Below are positions 20,920 through 33,600 of a stretch of 64,000 nt of DNA, in pieces. The stretch is from contig CM061246.1 of assembly GCA_022605425.2 (NCBI GenBank), forward strand, positions 1,054,001 to 1,118,000, in the 5' to 3' direction. This DNA is from Hamiltosporidium tvaerminnensis FI-OER-3-3. Taxonomy: Eukaryota; Fungi; Microsporidia. Within the stretch, counting starts at the first letter, position 1; every line of letters begins with the position of its first letter. Below the pieces are notes generated by a model, which saw nothing but the letters and a program-made list of their open reading frames with translations, ran no database searches and was not told where the DNA came from. Both the position numbers and the translations under genes were made by a program.

Positions 20920-21075
20920 ATTATATAATAAAATTGGTTGGAAATTTCAAATGAATAAACAATGAAGAGAATATTTAACAGACTATAGGAAATAATAATT
21001 TTATAATAAAATTGGTTGGAAATTTCGAAGGAATAAACAATGGAGAGAATATTTAACAGACTTAAGGAAATAAGT
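20920..21075. repeat. Tandem duplication, period 78 nt, upstream of the coiled-coil gene
   Basis: aaattggttggaaatttc.aa.gaataaacaatg.agagaatatttaacagact at 20931 and 21009. Confidence 0.9.
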
Positions 21076-21339
21076 ATGAAGAAAATAAAAAAAATATGAT
21101 TTTTATTATTTTAGAATGTTTAAAGGAATGAATTGTTTTTGACTTATTATTTCCTTTATATTGAAATATTACTAAATTTATTTGGATTTTATAGAAATAT
21201 TTAATTTTAATATTCTAAATTTTTACAGGGTTTTATCAATTTGAATGCTTTTTTGATAAACAATATACAGATCCTAATATATTTTAGAATAGAAACCAGT
21301 ATTTTTATTTTAAATACATATTTATGACATAATGTGATA

Positions 21340-21700
21340 CATTTTCCTAACTCTTCAGTATGTTTTTTTGACTCAAATCCTCTTCCTCGATCAAAAGAAA
21401 TTTTATCTTTAAGTACAATCATTGAATATATTTGTATTTGATTACAATTTATTAAATAATTCCAGGTCTTTGCTAAAGAAATATTTTTAAGTTCAATTAT
21501 AGAATTTTACTTTTGTTTAAATTGTACTGCAAAATTCTCAAGTTTTTGGGTTTGATTTCCGAAGAAAAATATTATAAGTTTAACTTATTATCTAAAATAA
21601 ATATATCAGGTCTATTATTCCACATTTTGACATCAGTTTTTATTCTTGTAAACTTCATTTTCAAGGGTTTGAAAATAATTATTTATACTTCATTGTGATG
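21340..21700 (-). mobile_element. Decayed, internally deleted R4/Dong-like fragment (copy E)
   Basis: gactcaaatcctcttcctcgatcaaaagaaat matches 924-955; tctaaaataaatatatcaggtct..ttgacatcagtttttattct matches 1227-1282. Confidence 0.75.
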
Positions 21701-22092
21701 AATTGAATAAATATTTAAACGAAGGTGTAAACACCAAATATTTAATTTATTAAAATATAAATAAGGTCATGACTGTGTATATCTACAATTCACAATATTT
21801 TCCTTCTTTATGTTATCTAGATGATATTTAAGTCTCAAATGAAGCTTAAATATCATTTTTGGCTATTCTGATAATTTCCAATTTTATTTTTAGTTTTATT
21901 CTTTATAAATGAAGAGCACATAAAATAAATCAAAGCTTTTTGACCATAAAATCTTTACGTTTGCATTTTTTTAAGTGTAAAACATTATTTTAATTCAAGA
22001 ATCGCTTTTGTAAAAAAACAGGGGAATAAACATTAAAATTTTTTATAAAAAAATATTTTTATGTCTAAAAAAAATCAAATATTATCACCCCG

Positions 22093-23997
22093 ATGCCACT
22101 CATTAATGTTTTAAAAGCAAAATATTCTTCATCTTTTCTTATCGAGACAGAAGAAACTTCTTTTCTTTTCGACATTCCAGCTGATATTTATGGCTGCAAT
22201 CATTCTTTTTTAGATTTAAATAATAAAACAAAAAAAGATATAAAATTTATTTTACCAAACGTTGATTTTGAAAATATTGACAGCATTTTTATTTCCAATT
22301 CAAGGTCTTTGGGTGTATTTTTTATAGATAAAACGTTTAAAGGTAATATTTACATTACCGATCCCGTATATGAGCAGTTATTACTTAGACTAGAAGAATT
22401 GCAATCTTACTGTATTACTTATCAAGAATCAGATTCTGATTTAGAAAATATGGAACCTACGGGAAATTTAGATTTTAAAGAAAATATGGAAACTACACAA
22501 GAAAATAATTTTGATAAATCAAGAATTTTATTAGAAATAAAGAAATCAGAAAAGAAGGTGAAAAAATTTAAAAATAAAAAATTTAAATTGGTTTCAATAA
22601 GAGAAGCAAATGTATCATTTTTTAAAAAAAGAGTTGTAAAAATCAAATTTAATCAGAGAATATTTTTAGATGGGATTTGTATTGAATCCTTGTCTTCAAA
22701 TACTTATATTGGATGGACAAATTACTCAATGAAATATTTACGAGGCTGTGAAGAAAAAACAGCAAATTCTATTATTTATGTCAGTTCTATTTCGTACAAC
22801 AAGAGATTTTCTTTCGATTCACCAAAATTTACAGGCGATGTCATTTTTTTAAATCAAAACGACTTTAAAACCGAAAATCTATTTTTTAAACCAAAAAATA
22901 CAAAAACGGAAAAAGAAATATTTTTAGGAATTGAGATTTTTACTCAGCACATTCTTAATTTTTTAGACACAAAAAAAATTGTAATTTTGCCATCGGAAAT
23001 GACAACTTTATTCTTAGAAATAATTTTTCATATTTTTTCTATTTTACAAAAAAAAGGTAAAAACGTTCCTGTTTATGTTATTTCACCCATATTTGAAAAA
23101 TTTAATACGGTTGTTAATATTCAAAGTGAATGGTTAAATGATATTTTTCAAAAGACATCATATTTAGGCAATGAACCATTTCCTTTTAAGCATTTTAAGC
23201 CCTTCAATGTGATAAATAATTTTTCCAATTTAAGAAATCTAGAAGAACCTTCTTTGGTATTTTGTAGTTCAAATGAATTAAACTTTTTGAAAAATAATTT
23301 TACAATTGAAAATTATATAATTTGTAATGTAAATAATGCAATAAATTCTGACTATTGGATTGATGAAAATTTTACAGAAAATTTGATAGCTACGGATTTT
23401 TGTAAAAAAACAGGAAACCCTGAAGAATTAGATTCAAAACTAGAAGTAAATAAAACAATACCGCAATCATATGTCATACCTGGTTTAAATATTGATTTAA
23501 AAGATTGTGTAGTTCAGAAGAAAAAAGAAATAAAAAAAAGAGAAAATTCAGTTGTTGATAATTCGAAGCGAATTAAAAAAGTTAAAAAAGATAAAATAAA
23601 AAATTATGAAATAAAACTTGAAGCTACTTTAGAAGAAATTCGAGAAAAAAATAAAGAAAGTAAGATTTTTTGTACGACTGTTTACAAAAATATGATATAT
23701 TTAGATACAAGAAATTCCTACTTTGTTGAAGATTTTTGTAATTTTTATGACTTGGAAATTGAAGGAACAACTGATATATATTTTAAAGACGGATTTGCTT
23801 TTATTGACGGAATTTTAACAAATAATGATTTTGAAACACAGGAAAATATCAAAATAAAAATAAGAAATACAAAAAATTTCTTAAAACAACTGTTTTTAAC
23901 AGAAAAATATTTTGTAATAAATGATTGGTACATTTTTCCTGAAAAAAAATTTAAAATCAAACTTAATTTTGATAAAATATTTTTAGAAAAATTATAA
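22093..23997 (+). CDS. INTS9: Integrator complex subunit 9-like protein (inactive metallo-beta-lactamase/beta-CASP fold)
   Basis: IDSIFISN, FKGNIYITDP..LLLRLEEL, LSSNTYIGWTN, IIYVSS and VPVYVISP..NIQSEWL..SYLGNEPFPF parallel remembered INTS9 motifs (VDVILISN, FTGTVYATEP..RLLMEEL, LSSGYALGSSN, VPLYFISP..AEWL..VYLPEPPFPH). No HxHxDH. CCCC immediately before the ATG; AATAAA overlaps the stop. Confidence 0.75.
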   Translation: MPLINVLKAKYSSSFLIETEETSFLFDIPADIYGCNHSFLDLNNKTKKDIKFILPNVDFENIDSIFISNSRSLGVFFIDKTFKGNIYITDPVYEQLLLRLEELQSYCITYQESDSDLENMEPTGNLDFKENMETTQENNFDKSRILLEIKKSEKKVKKFKNKKFKLVSIREANVSFFKKRVVKIKFNQRIFLDGICIESLSSNTYIGWTNYSMKYLRGCEEKTANSIIYVSSISYNKRFSFDSPKFTGDVIFLNQNDFKTENLFFKPKNTKTEKEIFLGIEIFTQHILNFLDTKKIVILPSEMTTLFLEIIFHIFSILQKKGKNVPVYVISPIFEKFNTVVNIQSEWLNDIFQKTSYLGNEPFPFKHFKPFNVINNFSNLRNLEEPSLVFCSSNELNFLKNNFTIENYIICNVNNAINSDYWIDENFTENLIATDFCKKTGNPEELDSKLEVNKTIPQSYVIPGLNIDLKDCVVQKKKEIKKRENSVVDNSKRIKKVKKDKIKNYEIKLEATLEEIREKNKESKIFCTTVYKNMIYLDTRNSYFVEDFCNFYDLEIEGTTDIYFKDGFAFIDGILTNNDFETQENIKIKIRNTKNFLKQLFLTEKYFVINDWYIFPEKKFKIKLNFDKIFLEKL

Positions 23998-26900
23998 TAA
24001 ATTTTACATTCATAATCTTTTAATTTACTTAATTTTTATGCACATCTAGGACGGATTTTAAAGAAAAATTGCTAGGAAATCTACAGAAGTCTTGGGCACA
24101 CATAACTACAATAAATCTAAAGCCATATTCATAATCGGAAAACAAATAAGCGAAATATTAAAAAAACGAGAAAAAAAATAAATTTAATTGTGAAAACTCA
24201 TGCAAATCTCTATTTCCTCACAGAAGAATTATCAAATGTAAAAAAAAGAGAATAATTGTAAAATATGTTAATTAAATCAAAAAAATCTGAAGAAAGAGTA
24301 AAGAAGGAAAAAAAAAGTAAAAAATACATCAACTTAGATAAAAAACACAATTTTTATTTTCAAACAATAGAAATGAAAATCGATAAGCGTATAAAAATAC
24401 ATTTATTTTACATAATTCAGTTCTTTTTTTCCGTTTTTTACAAGATAAAAGTTTAAATCTTCGATTAATTTTTTAAATTTATTGATTTTAAAATTTATTT
24501 TCAAGAAATATTAAATAAAAACTTCGTAAATTTTAAATCATTGTCAAATAATACCTTAAAAAAAATCAGAAAACAGTCTTTTTTTTTCTAAAAATCTATT
24601 TTTTAAACCAATAACTAATTTATAGACAAATAAATATATTACATAATTTTTGGAAAAATATAAATTGTTTATTTGATTCGCCATATTTAGAGCGTATTCC
24701 TATTGTATAAATCATTTCCACTCGAGACAACATCTATGAATAAATAAATGTAATATTTTTAAAAACGAGAATATTCTTCCTCAGATACGTACGGATAGAA
24801 ACAAACCCGAATTCAGAATAAAAAAATTTTTATCTTAAATATTGCTTCAAATATGTGAAATCTATTTATTGGCGGCTTCTGTTTTAAAAACGTAGCAATA
24901 CAATTTGCAGTAATCTAACGAAATTGATATGCTATTCTATTTTTTTGAGAAATTTTGATTGTAAAAATGTCTCGTAAAAATCAAATAATAAATCGAAAAC
25001 GGGTGTTTAACGATGGAATTTCTCCTTAATGAATGGAAAACAACAATTTTATTTACTTGTGAAATTAAGCTTTAAATAATAAAATTTTTATTTGGTTTTA
25101 AAAATATGTAGGAGAGTATGAATTTTTATTTCAATTTTTTTTGCTTTCTAATCATATAAATTTATATGCGAAGAAAAGCATATGAGATCATTTTTGTATA
25201 GAAACTATTTTAGTACTTCAAAATGGGGTTTCGTGTATCGCAAGTAAACAAAAAAACAACGGATACAAGATTTACTATCTTATCCTTATTAGCAGGCTAG
25301 TTTTATACTTATTACAAGACTATTAGTCTTTCAGTACACTTTAGAAAGAAGAAAGATCAAAGAAGAACTGTTCACCGAAAAATTCGATTAAAAAGAAATC
25401 AGCCAAGTTTGATCTGATGAAGCATATTTAGCTGAAGTAAAAATTATGTTTGTTAATCAAAAAATAGAATGCGAAAAATTGACCTAGCAACACATTAAAA
25501 TACATCGTGGCGTTCTTTAGGTATTAAATGGCCCTAAAAAGGATCTGAAGAAGAAAAATATATTTTGGAGAACACTATGATATTAAAATTTTCTAATCAA
25601 GAAATTAAATTTCAGAATATTTGCATTGTATATGATAAGTGATTCGGTTCAATAAATGTTTTTTTATTACACCCAAAATATTTTCTTTGTTTAAATCTTC
25701 AATTGTTTGTAGGTGGGAAAGAAATGGTATAATTATTTTCAAATAACTCCTATTAATTTTTCTAGATTTTTTTTAACATAATGTTATATCACTTATAAAA
25801 TTTTTCAGATATATTCTCGTTTAATAACTGATAAAATTAATCGAATCCCTGAATCAATATACAGATTATTGAAATCTAGGATAAAATTATTTTTTTATTA
25901 TTTAAATTAGAATATGAGAACTTTGTCAAAAATAGAATAACTTGCATTAATTACAAATATTAATCAATTGTTTTGCCTAAAATGCATCAGCAAAAACAAT
26001 TGAGTTCGAATAATATCAAAGAACATATTATTTTAGTAAAAAAACAATACAAATGTACTACTAAAGAAAGTAATCATATGAATTATTAAATTTACTTAAT
26101 ATAAATAAAGCAGGGGATTTAATCATAGAAGAGGTAGGATATTTTTAGGTATTCAACCGATTTAATCTTAAAATCTTGATTTTTCATAAAAAACATTTTA
26201 AAATCTTCAAGAAGCTGTCGTGACATAATAAAATTGATCAAGGCAATTAGAATACCAATGTTATTTTGTTTACATACCAGGTAGATTATTTTTGAAATAT
26301 ATGTTTAAAGATACATATGAATTGGTTCTAGGTGGGAAATGAAATATGCAAATAACTAAAGAATATCTTACAAGACTAAATTTACTCTAAAAAAGCCCGA
26401 ATTTTCTTTCTTGTCATAGGTACGCAATTATTTTTTTTATCATAATTTGCCTAGTATTATTCTAAATTTGCATTCGAGTCTTTTTTTCGATTTACTAATA
26501 ATTTATATTGTAATAGAGTATACTATTTAATAATTATCTTTTCAACATTATCATTTTACAAGAATAATTTGATGCTATCCTTTATAAGAATTTCATAAAA
26601 ATATATTATAATAAAGATTTTTGCCTTAAAATAGTTTCCAAACTATTATCTCTAAAAAACTGATATCCTTGTAAAATTTATTAAGAATACATCCTTTTTT
26701 TGTAGAAATATAACATATATTGAAGTCGTTTAAACCTTTAAAAAAACACACAATGAATTGTTTTCCTAGGAATAGACATATACCATAATTCTAATCGGTA
26801 AAGTCGAATTTTTTACTATCAAAGTTTGAAAGTTATATAAAAAATCTATTTATTAAGAATAAAAACCACTTAGGAAGATAAAGTATTTTTAGTAAACCAT

Positions 26901-29900
26901 CCCATTACAAATATTTTATCGCATTTTAAAAGCATTCAATAGAGACTTTAAAAAAAATACAGAATTGGATTTTGATCACAATTTTTTATGATATAACCTA
27001 ATAAGCTAAATTAAGTATATTGAAAAATCAATGTTAAGTTTAAATCAGTATTATGGAGAGAAATGTAGAAGATTAATTAAAAATATGATTTATGCAGAAA
27101 TTTTACTACATCAGCATAGAGCAATTAAAATAATGTCTTTAATACCAGAAACTGTAGTTTAGATTCAAATATTGTATAGAAAAAACCCCGAAAATTTTAA
27201 ATTTCTAAAAATGAGAACCAAAAGAACATTAAGATTTATATCATAATAGCCATTGAGCGTATAAATTATACATCTAACATCTAAAAGATTCAAAAAAAAG
27301 TATCAAAGTGTGCAAAAAAAATTCATGATTTTTTCAATGACTTCAGTATAAACAATTTTAGTAAGACAAACTGCTTTCATAAAATACTTCATGAAAGGTA
27401 GAAGGAATGAAATCTTATTCATTGAAACATTTTACCATGTTAGCAGTATAGCGTTATGGAATTTTTCAGTATTTTTAGCGTATAAATCCAAGTTTTTTTT
27501 AATATAATACTAAATACCGATTTAAGTCAACGTAAATAATTTCGACTACATATATTTATTCATACATATTGCTAAAAAATAGTCGGTTACGTAGCTGATA
27601 TATTATAAAGATAACCATTTACTGAGCCATAAGAAAATTAAAAATCTAAAATCTACTTATGCATACGGAATAATTTTTATGTGAATGCGTTTATAATGAA
27701 AACAACAAATTCTAGCACCATTGAAAGCCATATAATCAGCAACTTTATATGATATACACACTCTAAAATATTACACCGATTTCGATTCTAACAACATAGT
27801 TAATCCTTTTTCGTATACAGATTCTGTTAGAATCTCAATAAATTTCCTCTTACAATCCCATTAGATCTGATAATTTTTGTATATCAACAAGGAAACTTTA
27901 TTCTAATTTTCAAATAAAAATTTATTTTATAATGTATTTTTGAAGCCAAATGCGATATTAGAGTTTATCAAGAGCAATAAACTAAAAAATATAGATCCAC
28001 AAACCATTGCTTAAGATTATTGACGAATGTTTTCTTACACGCATAAGCTCTTGTATCTTTAGCAAGAATGCTGGCCATTTTTAATGCTTAGGCTCTTGAA
28101 TTCTAGCAGGAATATTTTAACGAATATTGATGGTTTACTTTTTCAAAATTGACTTATTCATCAGTACTCATTATTTTAAATAAAGTTCGTAAGCATCAAA
28201 CGCGGGATTTATAGTAAAAACTGGAACTTTGAACACCGAAATTTTGAGAGTTTGAAGAAAAGAAATTTTACTTTTACGCCAAATTAATCTTTTAAAGAAT
28301 TTCTAGAATATTAGAGCGATAGTATACATAGATCTATAGTAGACCCACTATTTAATTTTACTTCAATAATTTCGACATTTCACATAAAATATATCTAAAA
28401 GTGTCTAGAAATTATTTAAATTTATTGTCACGTTTTTCCAACCGTCTTATAATAATTTTAGAAAAAAACTACAAGCGATAGAAGCTTTGTTTAATATATT
28501 GGGCTTTGCGTTCTCAAGTTATTTTTCTCTTGAATAATTTAATTGCCAGTTCTATACAAACATTCAGTGAAAATATTAAAATCTAGAATTTCGGATGAAA
28601 TATATACTTTTAAAAACTAGATTGAGCTGACCTTTTCATGTTGATTTTAATGCAATGTTCAAAATATTTTTTTGTATATTAGAATCCGAAAAATTTGTAT
28701 ATTAAATATATTTTATATCTACCAACCGATTCAAACATACAAAATTTTGGTCAATTATCCCAAAAAAATCCAATTTTTTTGATCTTTTTGCAGCAAAATA
28801 GCTTCGAATATTGTTTTTTTTAAAAAAAATAACATAATTGATTACATACATCAAATTATGGTTTTACCTCCAAATCTTACATAAAAGTAAAATTTCTTCT
28901 TTTGAAAATCACTTATGAAACTTTGGAAATATATAAATTTCTCAGACATATTTTTTATTAGATTAATTTGTATACACATGGTCATAAAATGTTATTCATG
29001 TTTCGACGCTTCTGATTGAACCAATTTTCGATTTTTAAATATATAAGAATAAATTTTATTTGAATTTTTAGATTCCATTACAAAAACATTTGTAGTTATG
29101 TTATTTTCGTAACTTTAGAAAAATCATACATTACAGTTATTTAAAAATCATATTAACAACATAGATTAATTCAAACATCTTTATATTATTCATAGTAATC
29201 AAATGCTAATCAAGGCTCAGCAAAGAAAAAACAGAATCTTGCTACAGAGCAATTAGAAATTTAATGTAGATTTAAAGTCTAAAAAACATATACCATACTT
29301 CTTATATCTTCTGATATATTAATTTGTTTACAGTGCTTATACATATTATTAAAAAAGTAAACTCGATATTCTCCATTCTTCTGTATCTCATTTTATTTCT
29401 TAGATCATCTTGAGAATTACCTTATATTTCTTACAAAACATACTAAACATGTATAGCTTATATCAGATAAAATAGACTTGCATTTTTTATATTAAGGTCA
29501 AATTTTCGTAAGAATAAGAAGCTACCGGAATAAAATTATAAGATGAAAATTTTAAGTGTTTATAGTATGTCGAATGAAACAAAAAAGCAGTTAAAAATAT
29601 CCAAACTCGGAAAATAAATCTTTAATTAATATAAAAGCAGAAAAAATAGATGATAATTTTTTCAGCAAAAATCAATGAAACACTTATTTTGAATCAATCT
29701 CTTTGTAATACTTATGTATGATTTTAATTATAACTTTCAGGCAGTAAAAATATATTTTTATCAAGAAATTATATATTAGAAAAACATCTTAAGTTAAATT
29801 TTTCAAATGTTTCATTTCTAATCAAAAGAAAATTCAAAATATTTTTTCTAACAAACAAAAATCGTCATATAAAAAACGTTAAAGCAAGTCAAGTACGCAA

Positions 29901-32900
29901 TAAATAATTTTTCAATAACATATTACAAAAACAACCTTTTTAATTGAACAAAAAACTACATTTAAAAATATCTTAATTTTTCTCTATATAAGGTATAATT
30001 ATTTAAAAAAGCTTCATATCTAATTTTCTTTAAATATGTAATTAAAATTCAATATGTTGATATTTATCTAAATATAAATTTTAACAAAAAATTCAAAATT
30101 ATTTTATAAAAAAAGATGTTAAACATATTTTTAAAATATTCAGATGCTGTTTTGTAATTTGAGGAAATATTAAAAATTCTAATTTCGCAAATGAATTTAT
30201 TAATTTAATCAAAATCAAAGCAGCATTGTCTTTTCCTGAAAATTATATGAAAAAATTCTATTTTTGCTGTACTATTGGATGTTAGGAATCAAAAAAATGC
30301 AAATCATTAAAGAAAGTCTTTATACCTCGAATTTAAAATCAACCAAAATACATGATGGATCGTTTTTGCCTATTGGTCAAAACAAAGACTTTTTTCTAGC
30401 AAATCGTTTTTTTAGGATTGAATCTTTAAATATATTGCCTTCTCTTATACTCGAAGACAAATTTAATTTTTGTTTAACATAAATGCTAAAATATGCATTT
30501 CATCTATAAAAAATATACATTATTGATAGAAGCATTTGATTCATGTATATATATCACTAAATTTCGCAAAGGAATAAAAATTGCAACCTTGAATTTTTTT
30601 TCCAAGGTGTTATTCTAAAAAATAAGATAAGCAAACACATAAAACATCATTAACGAAAATTCCCAAAAAATAAATTAAAAAACTTGTATGTAAGATTACA
30701 ATCAGTAATTCCTTCAAACACAGAAAAGTACTTCTATTGCTTTTATCACAAAGATGATCTACAGGCAGATTCCCTATAATCCGAGTTACACAGATTAAAG
30801 AAATAAATGGAAGTTTTTCATTTGTTCATCCTCGACACAGAAAGGTTAAAGAAGAACGGAATAAGTACGCAAGTTATTTTAAAGATGAAAATAAAAAGAT
30901 ATTGTTTTTATCAAATTCAACCTTGAATATTTATTTATTTTGCAGTTGTAGTGAATATAATCTTAAAACTTAAAAAATCGGAGTAGAAAAGTTTGTAGTA
31001 TGACGAATTATACAAAATCAAAACTATAACCAATTTTGATATTTTTGCGATATATAAATTTTTTAAAATCTGAAAAGTTTTCTTTTTTTTTGAATTTGAA
31101 ATACAAGATTTTTTTAGCGCGAAAAACCATAACAGTTATGAAAACGAACAGAAATAGAACATGGGTTCTTTAAAAATATAAAGATATGCTATATCTTTAT
31201 TCATTATTTCTAGAAAAAACTTTGACATATCAGAATATAATATCAGAGAAAATTAATTCAAACATATATTAATTAGTATGTAACGCAAAACGATATTCAT
31301 ATTTTTCATTTTCATATGGAGGCAATTTTGATCTTAATTTTGTTTCAAGAAAATCGCTTTCTATTATATAATGATGCATTACGTTTTTCGCATATATCTT
31401 GATTGCCGAAACTATGCGGTTATAAAAGCCTTTGTAGTTATTTTTGACATTCCAATCAAGTCAAATATAAAGTTCATAATAAATATCTAAACAACATGTG
31501 AAATATTAAATTTTTCTTTTGTTTAATACTATAAAAACAATGTGTTTGATTTCGTGAATTCAAACAGATTAAAAATACATATTTATTATAAAATCATTTT
31601 TTATGAATATTAGCTCTATTTGACCATAATATCATGTACTCCGAAAAAATGTTCACTACAGAATAAAACAATTTTTAAAAATTGAAGTTTTTAAAAGAAT
31701 CATGTACAACCTTAGTAAAATAAATTTATTAAGATAGATAAAACGAAAAAAATTTGTTTCTAAAAGCCAAAATATATAAAGTTAGCACATTTAAAAGAAA
31801 AGAATTTTTTTACGGTTCCTCAAACCAAAGGCAATGCAACAATATGAACTACAAAAATCTTTTAAATATGCCTAATAACATCACAAAAACATTAGAAATC
31901 GAAATTAAAACACCTATTACAAGAAAGATACTATATATATGTAAACAAAACCAAACATTTAACCTCAATTTTATCAAGCAATGTGCAAGTTATAGGTCAA
32001 GTTTTTTTCAATGAAATTATTCAGAATTATCTTTTAATAGTTTTTAATAGAAATCAGACTTTCTATCAAGTTTGTAAAGAAAACTATCAAAAACAGTAAA
32101 ATACACACTTTTAGGCTTTATTATCTCATTTAGTTTGATTTTAAATAATTTCATAGCATCAAATTAAACAAATTGCACTATTTTAAAATTTTGCTATTAG
32201 GTAAGCTTATATTTGCGAGTTTCAAAATTGATATCTTGTCTTGAATTTTTGTACATACGTGTTGTTTATAACATATGCTCGTTTCCATAATTTGCCATAT
32301 AAGAAAACTTCAGCAAAACTTGCTTATATTTTCTGATTATTTCATTCTTTTTTTTTCATAATGTCTAGGTATATACATATATTTTTTTAAAGACTAACTA
32401 GAATCCATAATATATTAAAAATGGCATTCGCCCCAAGTTGGTTAAATTTCCAACATTTCCCTTTATATATACAGAAACCAAAGCAACGATAACTTATATA
32501 CTACGTACGGTGACGAAAAACATAAAATTACGAAAAAAATAAATTATTGAAACCAAAAGTTTATATAAACAATTTAATAGCAGACGAAAAAAATTTTCAA
32601 GGTCTTAACACAATTCAAGCCTTTTTTGTTAAAAAAACTATTTTGGAAATCCTAACTGCATATAATACGAAAATTAGCTATTCTGAATGTAAAAATATTT
32701 TTAAAACAGATTTAATTTATATTGCATATTCTAATATAAAATTCGATTTTATATATCATTCGTTTAAATCGGCGTATATTAAATTGTTGCGTAAAAAATT
32801 TAGGGCTAAATTTTACAGATGTTATTCTTTCACTCACAAATGTGACTTTAAATATAAACTTTTTTATCGGGATGAAAACATTAGTACTGTAATCATTGTA

Positions 32901-33099
32901 TGAAACCTATCCAATAAAACATGGTTTATTATGCATTAGTTTAAAGACTCATTTCATTTATAAATTAAAAGGCTGCTTTTGAAATTTAAAGTTTTTTGCA
33001 TATATAAATACTCATATAATAGAATAAGTGAATGTTCATAGCTATTTAACTTAGTTGATCCAAAAAATTACACGAAGATGATTTGAACTATTTAAATTT

Positions 33100-33600
33100 T
33101 ATATTGATCAAAAGAGACAATTTAATATTCTTAAGCAAGGATTCTATCAATCCTGAAATCAGAAAAATCAAAATTTCAAGCTTTGCGATTTTGACGATAC
33201 ACTGGCTTGACTTACATATGACCCATTAGAGTAAATTAAATGCAATGTCTAATACTTTTTACTATAAGGTATTTTTATTTAGCAGAAGCGAGCAAAGACT
33301 GAGCATTCTAAACATTGCTCGATAAATTTACACAATTTTATTGACACTCAGTATTTTTTAATCCAAACCGAAAGAAAAAGAAACATATGATAAATAAATA
33401 TACTTAGAAAAAAAAGTACAGCTACAACCCGCAACTTCGGTCTATTGTTAAAAGTATACAATTTCTAACATCTTTATTGCTCAAAATGAGGAGACACATA
33501 GTTCCAAAATACACGGAAAGCCTTTTAAATCAATAGAAAAAGAAAATGTGATTCAAAGGCATGGCTTTTCTCGAGAAATAACACCGAAAAAGAGATGAAA
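33100..33600 (+). pseudogene. Possible eroded IS630/Tc1-like DDE transposase fragment
   Basis: Ordered weak motifs: SINPEI (~33145), ILNIAR (33305; cf. ILDNARIH), YNPQLRSI (33423; cf. YSPQLNPIE). Many stops and frameshifts. Confidence 0.3.
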
